Virus record (IMG/VR): IMGVR_UViG_2645727901_000008
DNA: 64,000 bases
Direction: 5' to 3' (one strand)
Source: a virus
Lineage: Duplodnaviria; Heunggongvirae; Uroviricota; Caudoviricetes
Shown: piece by piece, positions 26,097-34,478 of the stretch
Layout of the letters: each line of letters starts with the position of its first letter
How positions within the stretch are numbered: the first letter of the stretch is position 1
Made by a program: the position numbers and the translations under genes
The notes under the pieces: model-generated
What the model was told of the DNA's origin: nothing
Seen by the model: the letters and a program-made list of their open reading frames with translations, nothing else
The model's database searches: none

Positions 26097-26345
26097 ATGA
26101 GCGACTGGAATATTGCAGCCAAAAGTCAGGAAGAACGGGATAAGGTTAACGTAGATCTGGCTGCCAGCGGTGTGGCGTACAAAGAGCGATTGAACATACC
26201 AGTCATAGCGGAACAGGTGGCCAGGGAACAACCTGAGCACTTGCGTGCATATTTCATGGAAAGACTACGTTATTACCGCGAGCAGAGCGTGAAACTACCA
26301 AAAGGAAGTGATCCGGTATATCAAAAGGCAGATCCACAAAAATAA
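26097..26345 (+). CDS. Hypothetical protein
   Basis: 82-aa ORF directly after the lipoprotein gene. Confidence 0.3.
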   Translation: MSDWNIAAKSQEERDKVNVDLAASGVAYKERLNIPVIAEQVAREQPEHLRAYFMERLRYYREQSVKLPKGSDPVYQKADPQK

Positions 26346-26420
26346 GCCTTTTCAATAAGCTATATCACCACCAGCTAAAAAATACATTCTGACTTGCATG
26401 AAATGCGCCCTTTAGCGATA

Positions 26421-26440
26421 TACTGTATATAAACACAGTA
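26421..26440 (+). promoter_or_regulatory. LexA (SOS) box upstream of humD
   Basis: TACTGTATATAAACACAGTA fits CTG-N10-CAG and the E. coli consensus TACTGTATATATATACAGTA. Confidence 0.8.
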
Positions 26441-26456
26441 TTTAGGAGGGCGTATA

Positions 26457-26849
26457 ATGGGATTCCCATCACCAGCAGCCGATTTTGCTGAAAGCAGAAT
26501 TTCGCTTGACGCACAATTCATCAAACGACCAACCGCAACATATTTCATGCGGGCCGCCTGCTCACATCTCCGTGAGGGGATTTTGCAAGGTGCAATGCTG
26601 GTGGTTGATTCATCTCTTCCACCACTGGATGGTTCTCTACTCATATGTGCCGTAGAGGGAGAATTTCGCGTAAAGCGATACCGCAAGCATCCTCGCCCAC
26701 ACCTTGAGGATCTGGAAAGCGGAAGACGTGAGTCACTGCCAGATGATGATGACAGCAGCTATTCCGGGAGTCAGGCCATATTCGGGGTAATCACATACAT
26801 CATTAACGATGCCAGGAGTGGGGAATTTGATGATTGCCCGGTGATTTAA
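26457..26849 (+). CDS. humD: HumD (UmuD'-like SOS mutagenesis protein homologue)
   Basis: 130 aa with a UmuD'-like core (ATYFMRA..GAMLVVDSS..DGSLLICAVEGEFRVKRY). LexA box upstream. Precedes phd-doc, as in P1. Confidence 0.8.
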   Translation: MGFPSPAADFAESRISLDAQFIKRPTATYFMRAACSHLREGILQGAMLVVDSSLPPLDGSLLICAVEGEFRVKRYRKHPRPHLEDLESGRRESLPDDDDSSYSGSQAIFGVITYIINDARSGEFDDCPVI

Positions 26850-26891
26850 GCTGCAAAGAGCTGGTGCTTTATGCTTGTGAAGTTTATACTT

Positions 26892-26912
26892 GTGTACACA
26901 TAACGAGTACAC
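26892..26912 (+). promoter_or_regulatory. phd-doc operator region (GTGTACAC / GAGTACAC sites)
   Basis: GTGTACAC palindrome (26892-26899) and GAGTACAC (26905-26912) directly upstream of the phd SD. Confidence 0.5.
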
Positions 26913-26921
26913 GAGGTGTTT

Positions 26922-27143
26922 ATGCAATCCATTAACTTCCGTACCGCGCGTGGCAACCTTTCTGAAGTGCTCAACAATGTTGAAGCCGGGGAAGAGGTTG
27001 AAATCACCCGCAGAGGCCGTGAGCCAGCAGTAATTGTCAGCAAGGCTACTTTCGAAGCCTACAAAAAAGCGGCGCTGGATGCTGAATTTGCATCCCTGTT
27101 TGACACCCTGGACTCCACCAACAAGGAACTGGTTAACCGATAA
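26922..27143 (+). CDS. phd: Phd antitoxin
   Basis: [73 protein letters not shown] matches P1 Phd as I recall it. Confidence 0.9.
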
Positions 27144-27523
27144 TGAGGCATATATCACCGGAAGAACTTATTGCGCTTCATGATGCGAATATAAGCCGCT
27201 ACGGCGGCCTGCCGGGAATGTCAGATCCGGGTAGGGCAGAGGCCATTATCGGGAGAGTTCAGGCCAGAGTTGCCTACGACGAGATCACCGACCTTTTCGA
27301 AGTCTCCGCCACCTACCTGGTGGCTACGGCGAGAGGGCATATATTCAATGATGCCAATAAGCGTACCGCGCTAAACAGTGCGCTGCTATTTCTACGCCGT
27401 AACGGTATACAGGTATATGATTCTCCCGTGCTGGTGGAACTTGCGGTGGGGGCCGCAACTGGTGAAATCCCCGTATCTTCAGTAGCGGAAAAACTACGTG
27501 AATTATTTGGTTCCAATATTTGA
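27143..27523 (+). CDS. doc: Doc toxin (Fic-fold kinase)
   Basis: [11 protein letters not shown] Fic-type motif, 126 aa, TAATG-coupled to phd. Confidence 0.9.
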
Positions 27524-27606
27524 AAAGAAGCCCGCTCAACCAGGCGGGCTTCCTACTATCACTCAATGATTTTTTCTGCTGTCAGCCAGCTAATTCGGTG
27601 ATGTTT

Positions 27607-28413
27607 TTAGGCGTCAGCATCAGCATCCTCCGCTACCTCTGCTTCCACATCAGCCACGGCTTCATCGGACGGTTCTTCTTTGGCCTGATCTGCAATCGCC
27701 GCACGGCATTTCGCCCTGGCTGTAGCGATTGCTTCAGCTCGCACATCATCAGGAATCGTTGACGTGATATACATATCCACTTCTTCGGCGCGGAACACTG
27801 TTTGGTCCAGATATTCGCGTAGCATCCAGGTAAATTCGAAATCACACGCGATAATCTCTGCGCTACCTTCTGCACCATTTGAGAAATGAATAAATGCCTG
27901 TTTAGCCAAACCGATAACACGACATGCGGTTGCCAAAACAGCGACAACTAGGTTTACATTTTCACACGCTACGGGCTGATTAACGCCGGAGATTACTCCA
28001 TTTAACTGTCGGTTATATGGAAGGTAGTTTGAGATGCGTTCTACGCGCCATGTGCCAGTCAGGCTGCCATTTTTAAATATAATTGGTGTAACGGATAGCC
28101 CAAGCTCGCGTATAAGTCGTTGCGCTATAGCAGGATCATTAAACAGGTCTAATGCTATACATTCGAAAGACTGCGCAAGGGCAAACAGTTCTTCCAGAGA
28201 GTAGTCTTTGCCCCTGGCGGTGATGTAACGACGAACGCCGCTGTCTGCATCACTCCATATAGCTACGCCATGCTCTTCATTCAGCACTTCATTAAAGCCG
28301 AGATACGTCATGATAGTGCGTTCAATCGTGTCAAACGGCAGTGACATGTCGGCGTTAACAGCCACCAGCAGGCCATTACGCAAGCGGTATTGAATTGTTT
28401 TGGTGCTTTCCAT
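27607..28413 (-). CDS. Hypothetical protein with a strongly acidic C-terminal tail (P1 pdcA position)
   Basis: 268 aa ending EEPSDEAVADVEAEVAEDADADA. Convergent with doc. Confidence 0.35.
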   Translation of the reverse strand: MESTKTIQYRLRNGLLVAVNADMSLPFDTIERTIMTYLGFNEVLNEEHGVAIWSDADSGVRRYITARGKDYSLEELFALAQSFECIALDLFNDPAIAQRLIRELGLSVTPIIFKNGSLTGTWRVERISNYLPYNRQLNGVISGVNQPVACENVNLVVAVLATACRVIGLAKQAFIHFSNGAEGSAEIIACDFEFTWMLREYLDQTVFRAEEVDMYITSTIPDDVRAEAIATARAKCRAAIADQAKEEPSDEAVADVEAEVAEDADADA

Positions 28414-28419
28414 GTCAAA

Positions 28420-29097
28420 TCACTCCACTACAAACCAGTCACATGCCAGTAAGTCGCCTACAGAAGGAACCCACGGAACAACTACACCTTGTGCATTTTT
28501 TAAGGCGAAATAAGCACCATACGGAACGAGGTCGCCGGGGAAATATCCCTTAATGGGTTCCATTCGTGCCGGGTACTGTCCTTCAGGAACCAGCCAGCAG
28601 AATTGGTTTTCGCCGTTCCACCCGCGTCGAGCAACTTTCTTGCCATCCTTCAGCCACATCAGCGCGTCAGAAAAGTCGGCTGCTTCAAGGTCGATTTCTT
28701 CTTGCTGGGTGGTGATGCCACCAGCAGAAATAGTTACGCTCCCGGTAAGATTAATCATCACGCCGTTGTCATCCGTAATGATGACCGTGGTTCCATTTTT
28801 GGCGGCGTCGTTAACCAGGCCATAGCGTTCCTCAAATGGTTTCTCCGGGGCATAGAACAAATAACCGTTTTCATAAACGATCAGATACCCGCCAGTTTTT
28901 GGTCGGTGTTTTTGTAAAAACATTGCGTCAACACAAACTGTTGCCCCTTTTGGCTCAACGAGTTCGATGCAGCCCCAAAGTGGGGCATCAGTTACTCCGA
29001 AAATAACAACATTTTTGATTTTCGATGCACTAACGTTTTTGTGAGCTTTGTATTTGGGAAGGAACTTAAAAAGCTCTTTCGTTGCCATGTTATTCAT
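28420..29097 (-). CDS. Protein with a C-terminal DUF2829 (Tad2-like) domain
   Basis: DFSDALMWLKDGKKVARRGWNGENQF..VVPWVPSVGDLLACDWFVVE fits the DUF2829 pattern as I recall it (AL..GkkvrR.gW....W.Ps..DllAeDW). Confidence 0.55.
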   Translation of the reverse strand: MNNMATKELFKFLPKYKAHKNVSASKIKNVVIFGVTDAPLWGCIELVEPKGATVCVDAMFLQKHRPKTGGYLIVYENGYLFYAPEKPFEERYGLVNDAAKNGTTVIITDDNGVMINLTGSVTISAGGITTQQEEIDLEAADFSDALMWLKDGKKVARRGWNGENQFCWLVPEGQYPARMEPIKGYFPGDLVPYGAYFALKNAQGVVVPWVPSVGDLLACDWFVVE

Positions 29098-29111
29098 AGT
29101 CTTTTCTCTGC

Positions 29112-29606
29112 TTATAACTTTTCGTACTGAAGCGGTGAACGCTTAATTTCAAAGTGGCCTTCCGATGTGCTACCAAAGCCACCAGCACCACGTTCCGTTT
29201 CGTTGAGTTCCTCAACCTCGACTAGTGAGACTTGTTCAACACGCTCAAAAATGCCTTGCATGACAGCCATTCCTGGCTTGAGACAAACGCCTTCCCCGCC
29301 GGGATCAGTAATCAGTTTTGCCATGATTTCACCGCGATAATCGGAGTCGATAATTCCTACGCAGTTAGCCAGGCGAGTATGTTTTTTGCAGCCCAATCCG
29401 GATCGCGGATAGAGTTTCAGACACCAGCCGGGCGGGATCTCCATAGCCAGTCCGGTATACACCCACCAGCTTGAGGAAATTGCACCATTGCTATCGACGC
29501 ATGTTTTTATTTCAACAGCCTCAAAATCCATCGCCGCCGATCCGGAGGTGGCATAAGCTGGAAGTTTTGCTGCCGGATGTAGGCGTTTCACTTTTACGTA
29601 AATCAT
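29112..29606 (-). CDS. dut: dUTPase
   Basis: AMDFEAVE, PRSGLG, GIIDSDYRGEI and RGAGGFGSTS motifs. Confidence 0.85.
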   Translation of the reverse strand: MIYVKVKRLHPAAKLPAYATSGSAAMDFEAVEIKTCVDSNGAISSSWWVYTGLAMEIPPGWCLKLYPRSGLGCKKHTRLANCVGIIDSDYRGEIMAKLITDPGGEGVCLKPGMAVMQGIFERVEQVSLVEVEELNETERGAGGFGSTSEGHFEIKRSPLQYEKL

Positions 29607-30079
29607 TGTTTTTTAGCTCTCTGCGTGAAGGTGTAAACCCGACGTTTGATATGTGGAACGGTAGGAACAGGAAGACAGGAACTTTCAATAACCCCTTGCT
29701 CCTCCAGCGATCGCACCGCCCGCAAGAACTGCGACGTGTCGCCGCCAAACTGGCGGGCATAGGTGCTGCCGTTAAGAAGTATTTGAGCTATTACCCGAGC
29801 TTTTGTCTGGCTGTCACGATATGCGAATAGCCGCACGGCCTCTTCTGGCGCAATCGCTAACTGATAGCCTTTACCGGCACGGTGTCGAATGAATCCATGC
29901 GCCAGTAGGTTTTTGAGTTCGTTACGAGTGCGAACAGATCCGTAATCCAGGAAGTGCGGATTAATAACGACTGGCTTAAACCATTCCGTAGGTGCTTTAG
30001 CTAATAGAGCTAACAGCTTTCCGGACAATTCTGGATAGGAAGACGGGTAACAATTCAGAGATGGGTAATAAGTTTTCAC
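29603..30079 (-). CDS. Hypothetical protein (possible winged-helix)
   Basis: 158-aa ORF, ATGA-coupled to dut. Confidence 0.3.
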   Translation of the reverse strand: MKTYYPSLNCYPSSYPELSGKLLALLAKAPTEWFKPVVINPHFLDYGSVRTRNELKNLLAHGFIRHRAGKGYQLAIAPEEAVRLFAYRDSQTKARVIAQILLNGSTYARQFGGDTSQFLRAVRSLEEQGVIESSCLPVPTVPHIKRRVYTFTQRAKKQ

Positions 30080-30420
30080 CGACGCCCCCTTGCAGGATAT
30101 CGACCTGCATCAGTATCCGGTGCGATAAAGCCGGTAGTGGGGCGAGTGAAAGCGAGATTAATCTTCTCGACCATAGTGCGATAATTTTCCTGATAGTGGG
30201 CCAGGAGTTTTTCGGCGGCAATGATGGTTACTTTCCGGACGTAGCTTTCTGCTTCCTCCAGATTTCGCCAGTTTTTTTCGAGGGTAAACACAGGGACGGC
30301 CTCAAGCCCGGTCATGATGCCGAATACAACGACAGCATGACTGTTCTTAACACCAGCAGCGAAGGTTACGGTGTAACCATCCACCTTAAAGCGTCTTGAT
30401 TCCGTGATTTGACTCTGCAA
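30076..30420 (-). CDS. Hypothetical protein downstream of the recombinase gene
   Basis: 114 aa, TTG start with a GGAGGG SD. Confidence 0.35.
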   Translation of the reverse strand: MQSQITESRRFKVDGYTVTFAAGVKNSHAVVVFGIMTGLEAVPVFTLEKNWRNLEEAESYVRKVTIIAAEKLLAHYQENYRTMVEKINLAFTRPTTGFIAPDTDAGRYPARGRR

Positions 30421-30478
30421 AGCACCCTCCGAAATAGGCGAGGGTACTTTACAGCAAAGATAACAATCTAAAAAGATG

Positions 30479-30495
30479 TGTTAGAAATTTAATTT
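30479..30495 (+). promoter_or_regulatory. 17-bp motif copy (candidate operator)
   Basis: TGTTAGAAATTTAATTT overlapping the recombinase stop, about 60 nt upstream of the 30420 start. Confidence 0.45.
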
Positions 30496-31522
30496 ATGAA
30501 TCCATCAGGCGGCTATTAGCCCCCACAGACACGCCGCCACGGCGCAGATACCGCATAAGTGTTTCCGGTTTCTTCCAGGTTCCTTCCTGCATGATCTCCA
30601 CCATAGACACCTGCTTTTCAGCCATATCGATAGCGGCCCCGACACGAGCACTATGCCCGGTCCACGTCCGGTATCTCCCTTTGTTTGGCGTGGCATCTCT
30701 TTTATTCAGCAACACCCAGGCGTCGCTGAATATTTTCTCCATTGCAGGTGCAGTAAGGGGAGTTGTCGTAATCCTGGCCTTATTGCTACGGTGTATCGGC
30801 GGGAACAGCACCGCGTCAGGATGTTCACGAAGCCCGGAAACATCCAGCCAGTCATTCAGCACTGCGGTAGTGCGACGGGAAAGCACCTTATCAAGCCCGG
30901 CGGCGGTCGTTATTGTCTTCGTGTGTGAAATATGTAGCGTGACAGTGTCACCTGTTTGGTCCAGATCTCCTACACGAATACGCGAGATTTCAGACATTCG
31001 CATCAGCGTATTGTATGCAACGAAGAGGAAAGCCCGGTTACGCAGGTCCACCAGCCGTTCTGACCTGGACAACAGGACGTCGAGCAGTTTCAGATCGTCC
31101 CACCGCAGCGGTATAGCCTGGCCTGTTCGTTCGCCTTTTTCCGTTGCCGCTTCGCGCCGGATGCGCCGCATAGCCAGAGAAACACTTTTATCATCCGAAA
31201 GTGGCGGAAGGCCACAATGCGAAAGCAGCATGTTAAGCATGGCGTAGTGCTTATCAATGGTGGTCGAAGCCAGATCAGCATCATGCAGCTGAAGAAAATA
31301 CTCGCGGGCCATCTCTGGTGAGATCGGGAACCAAGCGAGCTGGCGAGCGTGGCACCATCGCGCCCAGGAGTGAAACACTAACCGGAGATCGCGCAAAGTA
31401 TTCGGCGCGTAAGCCCCCTGGTCATTCATGAACCGCATAAAGTTTTCTGCGGCCTCCTGGTACTCTTTGCCAATGTTGCGCAGAAAACCACCGGAGCTGC
31501 CAGAGATAATTAATTCACTCAT
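30494..31522 (-). CDS. dre: Cre-family tyrosine recombinase; sequence recognised as Dre (phage D6)
   Basis: MSELIISGSSGGFLRNIGKEYQEAAENFMRF.. matches Dre as I remember it. Colinear with P1 Cre (SLAMRRIRRE, AYNTLMRMSEISRIRVGD, GHSARVGAAIDMA, catalytic Tyr in LMRYL). Confidence 0.85.
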   Translation of the reverse strand: MSELIISGSSGGFLRNIGKEYQEAAENFMRFMNDQGAYAPNTLRDLRLVFHSWARWCHARQLAWFPISPEMAREYFLQLHDADLASTTIDKHYAMLNMLLSHCGLPPLSDDKSVSLAMRRIRREAATEKGERTGQAIPLRWDDLKLLDVLLSRSERLVDLRNRAFLFVAYNTLMRMSEISRIRVGDLDQTGDTVTLHISHTKTITTAAGLDKVLSRRTTAVLNDWLDVSGLREHPDAVLFPPIHRSNKARITTTPLTAPAMEKIFSDAWVLLNKRDATPNKGRYRTWTGHSARVGAAIDMAEKQVSMVEIMQEGTWKKPETLMRYLRRGGVSVGANSRLMDS

Positions 31523-31673
31523 GAAACTATTTAACCTCTATATACAGATGACGCTACGCAAAAATATAAAAATGACAGGGTAGCTATAAGTTAATTTTCA
31601 AAATTCAAGCCTTTGATTCGAGGCACGTATTTTTAGTGATGTCAACACTGATCATCTACCCATGATTATAGTC

Positions 31674-31705
31674 TAACTTTAAATAATGCCAATTATCTAA
31701 AGTTA
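31674..31705. other. rox-like recombination target (14-bp arms, 4-bp spacer), one arm mismatch
   Basis: TAACTTTAAATAAT-GCCA-ATTATCTAAAGTTA, 152 bp upstream of dre. The rox I recall is TAACTTTAAATAATGCCAATTATTTAAAGTTA. Confidence 0.8.
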
Positions 31706-31878
31706 GAAACTTAGGAATTTTTTTCCTTTCCCCGTAGATGGGCAATGCATTGCTGGCGTGGGCTTTAAGTTATGCCTGGCAGTTTTTAAGCAGAATTTTC
31801 TAAATTGGATGACAAAAAAATGCATCTTGATCCTTTACTCACCCTGTTATTCGGCATAGATTTGTCATAGTAATTTTA

Positions 31879-31895
31879 TGTTAGAAAACTAAATC
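31879..31895 (+). promoter_or_regulatory. 17-bp motif copy 12 nt upstream of the 345-aa gene; a degenerate copy lies at 31789-31805
   Basis: TGTTAGAAAACTAAATC. Upstream, on the minus strand, ATTTAGAAAATTCTGCT. Confidence 0.45.
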
Positions 31896-31906
31896 GAGTA
31901 GGAATA

Positions 31907-32944
31907 ATGAGTAAGAAGTCGATCGAGAAAGAGTACAAACGGTTCCTGCAAACCGCTGAACGGTGGAAAGAGCTGGTGGTCGCAAACTCTGTTTTCCATG
32001 ATACCAGTTATGCCGGCGAGGAATTCCGCCACGTTGCACTAACACATGATCAGAATGTACTAGAAGAAGCTGAAAAGTGCCTCACAGAATGGAAAGCCTT
32101 TGTTGACTTGTGCCGTAACGCTGACGGCAAAGCGTCCAACATTGTTGAGTCTGTATATTCTCCGATCCCATTCATTATTGAGGACACAAATCAAAGCACG
32201 CATATTGTTGTGCAAAGCGCGACCACCACCCGCTCATTTACGCGCGAAAATCTGCTCAAAAAATATGATGCAATTATAAAGAAAAGCCTGAAAAACAAGA
32301 TATTTTCGCAGATTGTTGGTGCACTTGAAGAAGAGCGCCGTTTTTTCGCATCAGAACCTGAAGGGGAAGTTTACCGGGCGCGCAAAGATGGATACACAGA
32401 TGTAGTGCTTACAACAAACATTGAAGGCAGCAATGCTCTGTCACGATTCAGGGTAGGCGCACACGGAGCCTTAGTGTTCGCAAAACTTCCGAACACCACA
32501 GTGCCCGTTGTTAATAATGTCGGCGAACGTCGCAGCATTACTATTTATTCTGGGGTTGAGTCGATACCTTGCGGCCTGCTTGGTGACTTTAGCCTCTATC
32601 GCGTTCGCGATCTGGAGAAACACCAACCAAGCTATGTTGCGAAGTCATATATCTTGCGAAACATCGACATCCGCAATGAGAGCTTAAAGAACAAATCAGC
32701 CAAAATGCTTGAGGAAGCCGATCCGGCTATTCGCCATATCATTGAGCGTAAAATACAGACAGCACGCGAAGCGATGGCGAGACTGAATAAAATGGATCTG
32801 GAGTTGTTAGACGTAATGATGACATCCGGAGATGACCTGACAGGCATAAAACTGACAGACGCGCGGAAAAGATACGGTAAAACCATAGAAGAACGTTACG
32901 GGTTCACTTTCTCCCAAACACAGCACGCCGCTAAACTCTGGTAA
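31907..32944 (+). CDS. Hypothetical 345-aa protein at the P1 c1 position (candidate immunity repressor by synteny only)
   Basis: Transcribed from the rox side towards pacB and convergent with it, as c1 is in P1. Motif copies lie upstream. I could not see similarity to P1 C1. Confidence 0.3.
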   Translation: MSKKSIEKEYKRFLQTAERWKELVVANSVFHDTSYAGEEFRHVALTHDQNVLEEAEKCLTEWKAFVDLCRNADGKASNIVESVYSPIPFIIEDTNQSTHIVVQSATTTRSFTRENLLKKYDAIIKKSLKNKIFSQIVGALEEERRFFASEPEGEVYRARKDGYTDVVLTTNIEGSNALSRFRVGAHGALVFAKLPNTTVPVVNNVGERRSITIYSGVESIPCGLLGDFSLYRVRDLEKHQPSYVAKSYILRNIDIRNESLKNKSAKMLEEADPAIRHIIERKIQTAREAMARLNKMDLELLDVMMTSGDDLTGIKLTDARKRYGKTIEERYGFTFSQTQHAAKLW

Positions 32945-32969
32945 TCACAAGCCCCGCATTGCCGGGGCT

Positions 32970-34478
32970 TTATATATCCAGATCTGGCATTTCCACATCT
33001 GCAAGAACCTGATCGCGGAAGGTAGCCATTTCAGCGCCGATATCTTCATTAGCAGGAACATAGTCCACCAGCATTGTAAAGCAGTAGGTATCCCATCGGT
33101 CAGGTGATTTGATGTTCAGCTTTTGCCGCATGTGCTCCTTGCGCATCATCGCCATCTTCCCTTCTTCATTAAGTAAAAAGGGGATTTTTGACGCTTGCTC
33201 TGCCGTTTTAGGGTCACTGTCTATTCGCATACGACCTGACTTTATGGCATCACGAGCCATAATATTTGCGTAGGCACGTTGGTTAACAAAACGCTCCTTG
33301 TCTTTGTTCGAAAACATGGGTTTCCCCCACCGAATACGTACCGGATTAGCCCCACGGCGCACCAGCTGCGCACAGGTATCTGAACCAAAACCGTCTGCGT
33401 CAACCGCGATTGTAATATTCGGGTATTTATCCGGCGTGCATTCGTTGTATATAAAGTCAGCAAAAGCCAGCGGGTCCATAGTCCCTGGCATTTCCATTAT
33501 CTTAAAGTTAACAACGCGCCGCTTATTCCTGTGACCTGACACCTTGCAGATGTTAAGGACCGACTTGTCTCGCCCGTTCCCAACGTCAGCTGTCGCTACC
33601 CACCCCCAATTTTTCTCCAACAACACCTTGCGCCGCGCAGCGCGATCGCATTCATCACGACCAAGCAAATAGCCGTTAATCTCCCGAGGGAACTGACCAA
33701 GCACCTTAACCATATACTCAATAGAATCGCGCCCGCCATATTCCAGGAGTTTCTGCCTGATGAATTGTGGTGTGACGAACGGTGATTCTTCTGAGTTAAG
33801 AACAATTGCTGTCCAGATCCCTTTCGGGTTGTCTGGGGTTTTAGCTTGAGAATGGTGCGAATCGTAGAAATAACCACTTGGCCTTGTTGGCTGGGATAGC
33901 ATCAACATTCGGTTATCTTCTTCAGTAAGAGCACCGGTCATTACGCCGATCGCCTTATCAGATATACCAGATGCTTCATCCAGAATTAGAAGCAAATGTG
34001 CCGCGTGTTCCCCCGCCAGCGCTTCTTCGTTGCCGAGTCGATAACCTTTGCAGAGAACTTCCCAAATCCCCTTACGGGAGCGCTCATAAAACATGGTGTC
34101 AGAGAGGACAAAATAGGTCTGCAACCACCCATGACGCTTAACTGCATTCGCCCAATACTGTTTAACGTATTTGAATACGCCTGTTTTTACCTGGCCTATC
34201 TTGTTAGCAACAATGATGACACGGGCATCGGGGAACAGGATCATAAAAATCAACAGCAACATCGCGGTAAGGGACGACTTCCCCGTTCCGTGTCCGGACG
34301 TGACGGTAGTCCTACTCCCCGTTTCCTGCACTGACTGAATGATCTGCTGCTGCTGGTGGGAGGGGAACATCCCAAAAATATCGACAACAGCCTGGGTAAA
34401 GTTGTAGCGGTATTTGATTACCATATCGCGCCAGCGTGGATCGCTGGTGACGCATTTAATCTTGCGCCCGCCAGCCAT
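32970..34478 (-). CDS. pacB: Terminase large subunit PacB
   Basis: Walker A TSGHGTGKSS, Walker B LLLILDEASG, 502 aa, ATGA-coupled to pacA. Confidence 0.85.
   Translation of the reverse strand: MAGGRKIKCVTSDPRWRDMVIKYRYNFTQAVVDIFGMFPSHQQQQIIQSVQETGSRTTVTSGHGTGKSSLTAMLLLIFMILFPDARVIIVANKIGQVKTGVFKYVKQYWANAVKRHGWLQTYFVLSDTMFYERSRKGIWEVLCKGYRLGNEEALAGEHAAHLLLILDEASGISDKAIGVMTGALTEEDNRMLMLSQPTRPSGYFYDSHHSQAKTPDNPKGIWTAIVLNSEESPFVTPQFIRQKLLEYGGRDSIEYMVKVLGQFPREINGYLLGRDECDRAARRKVLLEKNWGWVATADVGNGRDKSVLNICKVSGHRNKRRVVNFKIMEMPGTMDPLAFADFIYNECTPDKYPNITIAVDADGFGSDTCAQLVRRGANPVRIRWGKPMFSNKDKERFVNQRAYANIMARDAIKSGRMRIDSDPKTAEQASKIPFLLNEEGKMAMMRKEHMRQKLNIKSPDRWDTYCFTMLVDYVPANEDIGAEMATFRDQVLADVEMPDLDI

Noticed and set aside
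29112-29606. Treating dut together with the Dcd-like gene as a simple phage nucleotide-metabolism pair
   Set aside because: - The two genes are 17 kb apart and in different transcription units.
- They have very different base composition.
- The Dcd-like gene is operonic with a peptidase-motif protein in an accessory island.
- A metabolic role is not excluded, but it does not explain the cassette.
30591-31247. 218-aa plus-strand ORF
   Set aside because: Antisense to the Dre recombinase gene, whose identity is secure.
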